From the NCBI GenBank assembly GCA_010015585.1, contig ML975170.1: a DNA stretch of 64,000 bases. One strand, 5' to 3'. Numbering within the stretch: the first letter of the stretch is position 1; each line of letters opens with the position of its first letter. The position numbers and the translations under genes were made by a program. The stretch is from Eremomyces bilateralis CBS 781.70 (Eukaryota). The notes under the pieces were generated by a model, which made no database searches, had not been told where the DNA came from, and saw only the letters and a list, made by a program, of their open reading frames with translations. Shown here piece by piece: positions 14,260-26,258 of this stretch.

Positions 14260-16405
14260 CGTGCGTCGTGCACATAATGCAAACTGCACAGTGCACAGTG
14301 CGGAGACGAGTCTTCATTTCTTCTCGTTGAGACCTGAAGGTTTCGCCGCGGGGCTCCCCTGCACTCCACTGGGGTCTTGGGCCAGAGTTTGTCGGGGAGA
14401 GTGGAAGGACAGCCGGGTCCGCGACGGCGCCACCTTGGTGCTGCCCCTGCCGCTGGGACCTGGGCAGGATAGTGGACTATGCCACTATGGACCTGACAGC
14501 GACGAAATGAGAACGTCGACCTCGTCCTGTCCGTGTCGCCGATGTTAGAGAACAGCTAAAATGAGACCCAACCCTAACAAGCCCCTACGCCAAATACCGA
14601 AGGTCTGGATGATCGGGCCCGTTACAAAGGACTTGGTAACATTAGCAATACCAAATCTCCCAATGCAACACCAAGGAGACGCAGGTCGACGATTCAAGTC
14701 GGTGGGGGGGGCAAGTGACCAACTCTGTTTTGGAAGTTAAAGTCTAAAGGTGATAGATCGTTTCCTAAAGGATACAATGTCTCAACTCTCAACTCGCGTG
14801 CCCAATATCCATACGTCTCCTCGGGAACCTGCAGTAGAAGCTCATTGTCAGCGGCAGATTACACTGCTGCCTGGTGGATACTCCGTACTCCATCGGATAA
14901 TTCCATGGCCTCATAAGTCATAATCTCATTTCGTGAATTCGTGATCCAATATTCCGTCATCCATATCTCAGATAAAACTCACCCAAGTCCGAATCCTCCG
15001 CGACGGTCGCTTTCCATCCCACTCCCCCACCAGGCGGCCAATGCCGCTGAAATCCCACGCAAGGTCGTGGGGTTCAACATGTTCAATATCCAGCACGACA
15101 TTGGTTGCTGGAGACCCAATCCGACACAGACCTGGACCTATCACGTTCTTCATCCGCCCCTTCGGGTCAAGAGTGGGGTTTTGAGCGTATTTCATCCTGT
15201 CTCAATTCTCAACGGCGATGATGTGATGCGTTTACGGTGTATCAGTTCCTACTCCTGAGCCCAACAGTGCCTACCAGAGAGTTCACGAGATAGGAAGAAA
15301 CAAATTCACTTTGTGCAATGTAACTACTACCGTCCATACAAATGTCATCGTTTTGTAGGTTTATTTTGGACTTGGTATCGTTTTAGTCAGACCTCCCAGG
15401 AGCAGCATCCCGCGCGCGCAGGGCCAGGTACCGGTAGTACTACTGGTAATATGAATGGTACACAAACGCATGATTTTATTACCCCCTGTAACCTGACTGT
15501 GTAAGATTCCTGCCGAAGTTACCCAGTACTGGGTATTGGGTATTCCGTATTACATCCACACATACAGAATGTGTGTCGTACATGGGCACTTTGGTGTCTG
15601 TTGAATGATGGGGAACCACGGTCCTGGGTAGTACTACGGCATGGGACAGAAACACCATCTTTGGTTAGGTACCCAAGTGTGGAATCTCGTCCCATGTCCC
15701 CACTCCGTTGTTGTGCCTCACGGGGAACCGGGAAGTGTACCTTACCTGAACAGTCGGGTGCAGCAAGCATCTAGATCAGGGGCTTGTCTCGTCCTTGGCC
15801 CCTTCAGTGGTAACGAACATGAATCGTAAGAAGCCGATGGGTCGGGGTTTGAATTTGGAGGGTTGTCTTAATTACGATTCGACTCCACACTGTACCCCGA
15901 TAATTTGCGATAGCGTAGTGCTGGGTGACGGTACCCAACTGAGAGGTTACTGGTATAGCAACTGAATCGAGAGTTCGTGAGTCGTTGCATACTATCCGTA
16001 TGTATGAATCGAAAGGCCTTGGTCGCGGGACGCGTTGAGTCATTGACTGAGGGATATGGCGCGTCAACTAGTCCCACTTCCCAGACCCACGGCACGGGGT
16101 TAGTAACGACTAACGAGTCAGAGTTGGTTTGTTGCATTACGACGGTACGGGACGCTGGACATTAACCGTTCAGGAGTTGGCAATACCCCACATCCGTGTT
16201 TGATGCAATATAAATGTACGACTCATGGCCTCATTTCCAATATCGATCGGCATGGGCAAAACTCCTTGCGATCTGTGCGAGGACCCCTTAACAACCAGGC
16301 GATTGGAATTCCCAAAGAACAGGATGAACATGTGGAGACTGGAGAACGGAATGGAGCGACCGCGTGTCAGTATCCTGTGCTGTTACCATGCCAGGTAGAA
16401 TAGGA
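14260..16405 (+). ncRNA. Probable telomerase RNA (TER/TER1); ends approximate
   Basis: Template AACCCUAAC at 14570-14578 (1.5 copies of the TTAGGG complement). An 8-bp helix 14372-14379/14562-14569 ends right at the template. Core-enclosing helices 14326-14333/14779-14786, 14302-14308/14814-14820 and 14283-14288/14830-14835. Many further 8-12-bp nested helices extend to ~16330-16396. No credible ORF. Confidence 0.65.
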
Positions 16406-16662
16406 ATATGTCTTGAAATGGCCATCTGGTTGGAAATACCTTGGTCAAGGCCTGACAGCCGAGGGTGGTAGATTTGCAATGCCTCTTTAGGGGTGCTCTG
16501 TGATGGGACACTTCCTTATCGGGATCATCGTTTCGTATGAACGTAGGGTATCGATACACATCCGCAACAGTTGCTTCCGCTCTCTCCTTGCCGTGACAGA
16601 TAGTTAACGGCGGTCTCATTGCCCTCAGCAAGAAATTCGAAGAGCCAGGACAAGCTCGTTTA

Positions 16663-19600
16663 TCACTTCTTCCTGCCCCCTTTCCCTTTGACGGCCTGCT
16701 TTGCCCCCTTCTCTTCACCCGCGATCTCCTTGAACGCAGATTCGAAAATACATTTCCTCTCGCCAACAAATCCCTCTTTCATGCCCAATGGCCAGATGGC
16801 ACTTGATGCCCCCGTTCCAATTTTCATGCTCTGTCCCAGGATGATACACTCACTGACCCCCTCGACGCGATCCGTCTTCATTCGCCAAGCGGCCTCGAAA
16901 AGATGATCTGGAGTCTTCTCAAAGCTCGCCAATTGCAGCACGCTGTCCCTCATCTTGGCCAGACCAAATCGCGTGATTCCGAGCACATCTCCCTTATACG
17001 TCATGACATCGGCGAGTAGCTTCATGTGTCGAGGGTCGACGTCCATGCTTGCCATGACCTCGCGGATCTCGTTGACGATGGTGGTACGCGCAGCTTCGAT
17101 GCCGAGGACTTCCTTGGCTTCGATGACGGAGTTGGTCCAGGTATGCAGTCCATCGACGCCTTCTGTGACCATGCAAGCCTTGAGGCCGTAGCCCTCAACC
17201 TGAAGGTTGATGTCTTCTTTGCCGGTTAGGGGGTTAATTGAGTCTGATTTATTGATGATTGCCCGAGTGGTATCAGGATGCCCGGACACCGGAACATTAG
17301 GAATGGCCCGACGGAGGGATTGAACGACATGGAAGTACTCGTCTTTAGATCCCGCAATGCTGCGTTTCTTAGGGCCATACGAGATGTCCCCAGGGACGTT
17401 GATACGAAGATGTGAGCCAATAGCTGTGAGATCTTTCTTTGATAGTTTGAGTCCTCGGGTGCGGACGATTGCGGTCATGATATGGCTCATGTTGACGTCC
17501 AACTGAAGTTTATCGATGATGTCGGTATCGAGTCGCATGTTCAAATAGCATCCGTCAGCGTACCACACGTCCTCAATGTAGACAATAATCTGGACCACTA
17601 TCAGTAAAAGTTAAAGAGGAGCGTAGTGCGTCGCTCACCTCGCGCAAATATGTCTTCTCAATCTTGCCCTGCACAATTCGAGCGGCTTGCTCGCTACTCT
17701 TGTTGAGAAGAGCACAATTGATAACCGGCGTGCTGATGACTTTCGAGGCGTTAATGATCTCCTTGATACGGGGCACACCCTGAGTCGTATGCATTCCACC
17801 AACACCAGCGAAATGGAAGGTCTTGAGTGTCATCTGAGTACCCGGCTCGCCGATTGACTGAGCGCCTACGGCACCAACAGCATGCCCAGGTTGGACCATG
17901 GACTTCTCATACTTCTCAAGACAGGTGATGATGAAAAGACGCAAAGCTGTTAGCGAGATCTTAAGCACGCCATCTACCACGGATGTACGTTGCTCCAATG
18001 TCACATTTGGAGCCGACTTTTTGGATCGTCGTGAGGACTCCTCATCTTCCAGAAGCTGGTGTGTATCTCTCTTGAGACCAACAGTGTGACGCGCCCGTTC
18101 AAGTCGAGAGCACTTGTCCTTCAAATAGCTGTGAATGGTGGCAAGGAACCCTCGACCGCCCTCTCGCTCGTCGGTCTCGCTCACGTCACGTGCCAGGAAA
18201 GGGAGTGATTCTCCCGTGAGCTTCGATCGCTGGTATTTGAGTTTCTCGTAGGCCAACATTGTTCCCGTGGTCTCAAGGATCTCATTTGGAAGCAACCCTT
18301 TATCTTCATGTGCCCAAGTAGCAGTGACTGACTGCACGAAGGTCCTGTCGAAGTTGACTGGCTGGGCACTCCCTTCCATATCTGCTGGATCTAGTTGATC
18401 GTCCCCGAACTGGAATTGGACCACGCCAGATGCGCTGTTCCTTACTGTCCGGTCATATTGGCAGGAAAGATCTTCCAGACTCTTCATCAGTCGCCTGCTC
18501 ATGTATCCGGTCTCTGCGGTCTTCACCGCCGTATCGACGAGACCTTCTCGACCACTCATGGCATGGAAAATGAACTCCGTGGGATTCAATCCGGAGAAAA
18601 AGCTGTTTCTCACAAAGCCTTTGCTGGCTGGCTGTCTCGAATTTTTGGGGAAATGGGGCAGCGTACGATCTTGAAAGCCGTCCGCAACTCGTGCCCCCCC
18701 GATCATTTGCTGTCCTACACCGGCAACCATCTGAGAGACGTTGATGTTGGAGCCTTTTGAGCCACACTTGGCCATGATGAGGGGCGTATTATGCCTGCTA
18801 AGCTGCTCGAAGCAAATTGCGCCTGCTTCCTGACGGACCGACGAAAGGATGCCGGATATTTTGTTTTCCATGGTCTGTTCCTCGTCGCAGCCAGAGTCAC
18901 GTTGCAGTATACCTTGCCCTCGTTTCTGGATAAGTGCGTCACACTCCGCATATGCTCGCTCGATAAGCGCTCGCTTCCGCACCTCCAAGTCCTGGCTGGG
19001 GTATACATCGCTGATACCGATGGAGAAACCCTGGTTTGTAAGCCATCTCGCGGACAACTTTGCCACGCCATTCATTGCTTGCACTGCATAGTCCGGACCA
19101 TAGTCTCGCAGCAGGACGTAGAACAAAGAATCTTTCTTTCCCTCTCCGACTGTGGATTTATCCATTACACCGCACATGACCTCTGAATTGCGGATGACCA
19201 AATATGAGTCATCAATATTCAGGTCAGGGGCTTGCCCGGGGGTCGGCTTGTACTGTTTGCCAGCAGCGTCGAGATTGATGAGGATGTTAAGCGATTTATT
19301 GGGACGCATCAACACATTGAAGACCTGCTTGCCTGTCCATAGCCGTTGCGGTTTTAGGATCGCCGGTGCAGGAATTTCGATCTTATGGTATTGTCGGGTG
19401 TTTGGGTCGTAGAATGACTGACCGTTGAACATGAACGAGCAAACCTGTGTAAAACCTTTCCGGTCATAGAATCTATCCTTGTTGCTCAGCAGATATGCGG
19501 CGGATATGAAGTCCTGGATCGCTGCGATGATCAGGGTGCCATTCTTCGGAGTGATCAGGTTGTGTTTGACACCCATCAACTCCATCGCCTCGGTCCTTGC

Positions 19601-21299
19601 TTCTTCGGTCTGCGGCACATGCAGATTCATTTCGTCACCATCGAAGTCCGCATTGTAAGGATTGCACGCGCACTCGTTCAGGCGGAAAGTCCGACCGGGT
19701 CGGATTTTTGCTCTGTGGGAAAGGATAGATAGCTTGTGCAAGGACGGCTGTCGATTAAACAGGACAATATCGCCATCCTCGAGATGCCGCTCGACCAGAT
19801 CGCCAATCCGAAGCTCCTTGGCGGTATACTCTAGCTTAGCCGGCGTATTCAGAAAAGCCAAAACGATCTTCCTTCCGTTCATCTTCGTGATGCTGACCGC
19901 GCCGGGATGCTTTTCTTTTCCGTTCCGAACACATCCGCGGAGTTTTTCCAGGTTATAGCGAGACACTTTCTCCGGGTACGTGAGAGTAACCGCAACGCGC
20001 TCAGGCACTGCTACCTCGTCGATACTGAGATTCGGGTCCGGACCAATAACGGTACGGCCTGAGAAATCAACACGTTTGCCGGACAGGTTGCCCCTGAATC
20101 GACCTTGCTTGCCTTTGAGACGTTGACAGAAGCCTCGGATGCTTCGCCCGTACTCCGGTTTGTTAAGACCTGGGACATCGCTATTAATGTACATGGCAAG
20201 CTGCAGTTGTAGGAAGTCCCACTGTTCCATGATCTGCGAGATTGGTTGGCCTTTCATCAGACCAAGTCGGATGAGGTTGTTGATCTGGATGATGTCTCCA
20301 AGCTTGTTCGTAATGTCGTCCTCCGTCGTCGCCTGTTCTTGGGCAACAGAGGGCCGGATGTTGACCGGTGGCGCAGGGACATGAGTCCAAATGAACATTT
20401 CAGGACGCCCTTCGCGAGGGTTCAGTCCGAGTAATTCGCAGTCGGCATCGGACACCTTTTGGAGAATCTTCAGGACTCTAATGGGATTCATGTCATCGAC
20501 TGCCCTTTTGACAAACTTATCGAGTTCGGTGCTAGTTTCCCGGGCTACTTCAAATGACTGATCGAATGCCTGTTTCTCCGGAGGGACGACCTTGGACTTA
20601 GCCGTAGACTTAGCATAGGCGTCGAATTTGAGGTGGACAATCTTCAGTGGCTGCTGTGGGACTTTGCGGACGGGCCCATTCAGGGAACCACAGTAGGGGC
20701 ACTGCTTGACCTTCCTACATGCTGTCGTTATCTTCTTGATGTATTGCTGCCGCTGGAAGCTGTCGAGATTAGGTCGTCTCAATGCCTTGAGGTGAATTCG
20801 TCGCTCGTCTTCAGTGAGGAGAACATTAGAACAGCTCTGATGACTGTCAGCAGCCACCCCTAATGATATACCGGCTGCCATGGCGTACCTTGCAGACACA
20901 CTGTAATATTTCGATTGTGAACTTTAGATAGCCGATGTGGAATGCTGGCAAGGCCAGTCGGATCTTCCCGAAGTGACCATTACAACTCATCAAGTCTTCA
21001 CCGCATGTTTTACACCGACCGTCTTTTGATGTTCCCATTCGATGGTCGAGTGGTCCATTCTCGCAGATTGTTCGGCCCTGGCCTGGTCGAGGGATGTCGT
21101 AGAGATTGCGATCGCAAAGCTCGACCGTGGACTGTTTGGCGATGTCTTGTGGTGATCTTGAATGACAATTGTAAGCACTCCAGGCCTGTCATATCCAATG
21201 GTTATAAAGCACGTACAAGATGCCGAATCGTAGGGCTTTGATCCTTTTGGGTTTCCGGTCGCCATCATCCGGCGGGGGTGGGGGAGGTTCAAACCGCAT
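16663..21299 (-). CDS. RPO31: DNA-directed RNA polymerase III largest subunit (RPC1/C160)
   Basis: Catalytic PYNADFDGDEMN, RLKGKQGRFRGNLSGKRVDFSGR, QSIGEPGTQMTLKTFHFAG and SVLQLASFEKT; no CTD heptads. Exons 21299-21217, 21156-20889, 20836-17639 and 17589-16663 with canonical 60-, 52- and 49-nt introns. Confidence 0.97.
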
Positions 21300-21603
21300 C
21301 TTAAACTCGGTGATTTTACACTCGCATCCTTGAAGGGGGTCCCATGGGGCGTTGAGGTGTACGGAGAGGCATAAAATACAGGGTATTTTCCGGGAGAAGC
21401 GAGGAAATGAGGAATAGTAATTAAGGGACCGTTGGCGATGATGAGGTGAAGTGAGGAACAGAAGTCCGAAAAATATCACGACAGCATTGTTGGTCTTAAT
21501 GGTTGGCCGCAGCGGGAGTCAGTCATAACCAATCCGAAACAGGCAACGGCGAGTCCAGATCCCTGCAAGATACATCCCTGACGATTTCCATCTGGAGTGG
21601 ATC

Positions 21604-21613
21604 ATCACGTGAT
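21604..21613. promoter_or_regulatory. Palindromic E-box ATCACGTGAT (Cbf1/bHLH-type site) in the divergent RPC1/FHA promoter
   Basis: Perfect 10-bp palindrome between the divergent ATGs at 21299 and 22048. TCACGTG recurs in other promoters in the window. Confidence 0.45.
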
Positions 21614-22047
21614 TCCCCAGCTACACTACCGTCCCGTTATCGATAAGCCGGCAGCTGCACCACTAGCGCAATGCCCCGCTGTCTGCTTCAGCCTGGACAT
21701 CTCCACGTCAGGTCAACTTCAACTTCACGTTCAGCTTCGCCTTAACCTCCACCTCTCTTTCCTCATTTCTCATTTCCTCATTTTCTCATATGCGAGAACG
21801 AGTTTACATTAGTCCGGTGTTATTGGGCAAGTTAGCCTTCGGCGTGATAGGAGATCCGCCTAAGTCGGAGACCTTCCATCCTTTCCTGTCGCACCCTACG
21901 TAACACTCCACTGACGTCTGATACGCCTATCTAATTACCCCTCCCCTCCTGCTCCGTGATCAATCTCCCACAGAGAGCAACAGAACTCTTTTGGTTCAAA
22001 TTACACGATAGTTCGTTGCAAAGGGCGATCGAGAGACCACATTAAAG

Positions 22048-23987
22048 ATGGCTCCAAAGACTGGTAAATGCTCCCCATTTCAAGAGTCTCATGGCACCAC
22101 TAGCTAACACCGTACCCCAAGTCAAGGTCACCTTTTCCATGATTGAGGGCTGCTCTCAAGATGATCCCCATCAGAGAACTATCACCCTCACGGAAGGTTC
22201 AGTCTTCGAGGTTGGTCGTGCCTCTCGTTCCGAGACGCGCCCGGCCAAAGCCACCCGGGAGAATCTCTGGCTTAATAGCCCAGTAGTGTCGCGGAGCCAC
22301 GCCGAATTGCTTCTTCGTTTTGAACCGGTAGGAAACCCCTCGGCACCGAATCTTGATGCTGTTCGTTCCACATACTCGCGATATCACCACATGCTAGAGA
22401 AATTTGCCTTGTCCTCATTTAATTGCTCATTGGATCGGGAACGTTCTATTGACATCCAATCTAGGATCCACAAATCTGTATCGTGGACCTCCAAACGTCC
22501 ATGCATGGAACCAAAGTGAACGGCTTATTCCTATCGAAGGGTCACGAATGGATCCTCGAAGATGGTGACGAGGTTCAGTTTGGAAACGCTGTTACAACTT
22601 CGCGGGGTTTGTTGGGCCAGAGCCGCAATTCCGTAACCTTTAAAACTAACCAGGAAGTAGAGACCTTCCCTGCCCCAAGGTTTCGATTCAATTTTGACGG
22701 AACCCCGGGAACTCCCCCGGGAACCCCCCCGGCCTACGCTGGAGCTTCATTTTCTGTTCCAGTTGATGAGGAAGGAGATGGGTCAGACATGCCATCTATA
22801 CATAGTGAAAGCTCTGAGAGCTTGTGGGCTAGCCAAAGGGCCCATGATATCATCCTCGACCACGACAAGGCACCGGAACGAAATAGCATGTCGACTGAAA
22901 TCTTCTGCAGTCGCCACCTGGGGAATTGCTCTAGTTCTTGGAATATCTCTGACGAGGTGGAGGAACCTCATGTCTCCCGTAAGTTCATAATCACTGCCCT
23001 TGTATCCGCTAGCGACTGACTTTTGTACGAGTCTCCTCAAGTTTTCCATCCGGTCAGCGCCCAAAGTCGGATTTCCTTTACGAAGAGGCTATACGCCGTC
23101 AAGAAGCGCAGAAGAACCCAGTTGACTCGACGAGTAAAATTCAAGCCTGGCGTGATAGACATAACATCATGTCAATCCAGAGCCCGCTTCCCCATATAAT
23201 CGCCAACCCCGATGGGTGCATCCGTTTCGAGAAAGCTCCTACAACCAATGATGAGCATTCTAAACTTAACGGCAAAGAGCGTATTGCAATCGGAAATATA
23301 TGCGACCAGCATGACAAAGAAGGCGACATGGTTTCTCGCACCCCCGGCACTAAAGACGTGTCGACCCCATTGGAGAAATCAGGCGATGCAGCGCAACTTG
23401 GAGCACCTTCACTTGTTCCGAGTAATCAACCCCAAACGGCTGCGCCTACGTTGAGCAAGGAGCCATATATGTCACTCTCTACCGAATCTACGGCGTCTTC
23501 CAGCTCCATCGAAGCTGCAGAAATCTCTGCTGGATCCAATCCGACTGCTTCCAGCCCGATTGTCAACGAAGCAACAGGTGGTGGCAGATTGGACATCGCA
23601 GATAGTTTTCAGGGGAAGCTACAGGGCAGTTCTATTCCAAAGTCATCCATCGCAGAGCCCGAGCCCCTCACCTGGAAGCGTAAAGTAGCTCAAATGAACG
23701 ACTTCGGCCTTGCGGAGTATACTCCCACCCTGTCTGTCGATGGCAGGGCCAAAAAAACTATGAGAGGCTGCAAGCTATCGCGCGAAAACAAGTCCCCTCA
23801 CATCGAGCCTAAAGCCACTGAACCGAAGGTCACAGATCGCGCAGCAACCGTTGAGGAGCCTCGCCGCAAGAAGATCAAGACCAATCCCATTGCGAAATTT
23901 GCAAAGGTGGTTATGCCTGCTGCTTTCCTAGGTGCTGTTGTCGGTGGCGCAGCTACGTTCATCGGATTGGCGTCCATGGCGGAATAA
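22048..23987 (+). CDS. FHA-domain protein with a C-terminal hydrophobic tail anchor (multi-exon)
   Basis: FHA motifs VGRAS...NSPVVSRSHAE and DLQTSMHGTKVNG...LEDGDEVQFG lie in successive exons. ATG at 22048 is followed by donor GTAAAT. The last exon ends in KVVMPAAFLGAVVGGAATFIGLASMAE*. Confidence 0.75.
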
Positions 23988-26258
23988 TGGATTTCATCCC
24001 TCGGGAGTCTGCAGGCATGGATTGCCACGGGATCAGAGCGGACAAGAAGGGATGTAGTAAACTTTTTTCACTTTGATATTGCCCTTACGAGGGCAAGGAG
24101 TCTGGATTATGTGGGTGTTGGGGGTCGGTCGACGGGCGGTTGGGTTGGCGAATTACGGCACCTCCATGACATGATACTAACCAGTGTGTGAGCTGAAAGT
24201 TTCTATGTCTGCACTATGGGTGATACAGAAAGGAACAGTTGTGGGCGTTTCGGTCGGAATTACATAGGTTAGGTTTATGCTGTGGTGATACGTGCGGCTA
24301 TTGCTGCTATGCAATCAATTAATCATGCAAAACATAAGCTGTACCGGTAGAGCGCCACCTAGTGATGCTACCAATGTGTGACCGGAAACAGACTTCAATT
24401 CGGACAAGCTACCAAGCCATGTGCCCTGCACACGTCTTCTACGGGACCTTAGATCAACAGATTAAGGGTTAGAAGAAGAATCCCCAAAACATACATACTT
24501 CAGTTGGGCCTTCCAAGAGTTCAGGGCGCCACCCCGACCCACTTCTGCCGATCTGCATGTATGATCAGCATCGTGATCAGCATCGCGATCGAGATAGCAC
24601 AAGAGTGCTTGACTGGACCCACGTGTCTCCACAATGAAGATGCTCATCCTCTTCCAGACAAAACTTGAACGCCTTTTGAAGCCATGCTCGACTAGGATTC
24701 TCGGAGGTAGGTCCGCTGATTATGTGCTCTCTTGTACATAGTTGATAGTAGGTTGAGTATTGTGTTTCTTCGCGGTCCAGGCGGCTGGGCCGCATTGGTT
24801 CGGAGTCGACGTCAGGTTGCGGATGTTGCTCAGGACCTATCCCGAATAACGTAGCCTTAGTAGGCATGTGAGGCAACGCAAGGCAGCTCCTGGTATCCTG
24901 GTGGCATGGAAAAGCGTTCGCCATGCGGTACTCCCGATTGTATCACCCGACAAAAATATGTCACCAGACCGGCGGACGACGAGGCCTAATATCTCTTCTA
25001 GGTTGCACTACGATCCGGCGAGCGGTCCGCTTATCCAAGCGGATCAAGGAATGGTGCGAGTCTTATATTCTCGACGGCGACGGCGATCGCGACCTTGGTT
25101 CGGGATGTGAGGACACAATGCGAAGCGGTGAAAGACTCGAGGAGTCGGAGAAACGCGTGGTCGTAGTGACATTTCGTTTCGTTGCACATAGGGGCACAAA
25201 GGCCCAGCACTACGGCGACGCATTCCCGAGGGGCCCAGACGATGTGGTCATGTTGCATCCAAGAGTTCATGGACTTATCCATGATCCAGGAACCGGCATT
25301 CCAGAGAAACGAACAATCATGGTAATTTACACTACATCTGGTGTGGCCATCGGGGAGTCGGGGATGCTGCAAGCTGGTAAGTTAGCGTCAATAGAAGCGT
25401 AGTCTGACGGGGAATGGAATAATAGCTTTCGTCTAGAAATTTCTGCTGAGCAACTCGAAGAACAAAGAAGATATTACCAGGACCAAGATCGTGGAATTGG
25501 GCGGAGCGCAGGGCTACTGCGACCGTTCGTTCGGAGTTTCAGTTTCGGCGGACCGTCAGAGAGTCTTCCATTAGTTCGCGCATATCCGTTCGCAAGAATT
25601 CTCAAACCTGTATCAACTCACCAGAGTGTAATATCGAGTATCGGGCACGGTCCAAACGTCATACGGTACTGAGACAACAGTCTGGGGAACATGTACCGCT
25701 TTGTAGTAGACTAGATTTTGATGATATGATTAGACTCACTGGCGCATACGTCCATTGTAACCTCTTGGTAAGACTGTGCTTCCACATGTGCTGGTTATGC
25801 GCTATTGCTTACAGTAACCATCACACCACCTTTGTTGGTGCCGGCCCGGACTGTTGGAAGTGAAATAGGAAGGCCTGGTCCAAAAGCATAGGGCAAAAAA
25901 CCCTCATAAGGGGTTGGATGAATGGATCGAATAGAATGCTGTACGTCCCTCTCTCAGACTGTGTGATCCCGAATATAAAAGGACCGATAATGTCTGTCCG
26001 CAGGGATGCGTCAACGTGGTATCAATTGTACGGGTGAATTTGATGAAGACCGCATTCGCCAGTGATATGAACTGGTCTGTACCGTAGGCCGTTCGTCGAT
26101 CCGGATAATATTTCGAGTAGTATATAAGAAGGCAGTAGCTGCTCGCCATTGAGTGTTAACTCCCAACCCATCCCACTAATTCAAAAAGCCTTTCCGCCTT
26201 TGAACCTAGCCGAACATTCTTAGACCTACCCATCAATCAGTCTTCGCTTCAATACACA

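Noticed and set aside
14581..14800. RNase MRP or RNase P RNA as an alternative identity for the structured RNA
   Set aside because: I found no P4-forming CR-I/CR-V motifs, and the template with an abutting boundary helix fits telomerase RNA better.
15143..15190. AAGAGTGGGGTTTTG resembling human P6.1 (AAGAGUUGGGCUCUG)
   Set aside because: It lacks the conserved loop U at position 2 and folds equally well as part of a simple hairpin.
24577..25680. Possible spliced gene or pseudogene on the - strand (GTGAGT/ACTAAT and GTAATA/GCTAAC/CAG signals)
   Set aside because: The joined exons hit stops and no domain is recognisable, so I cannot support a gene call.
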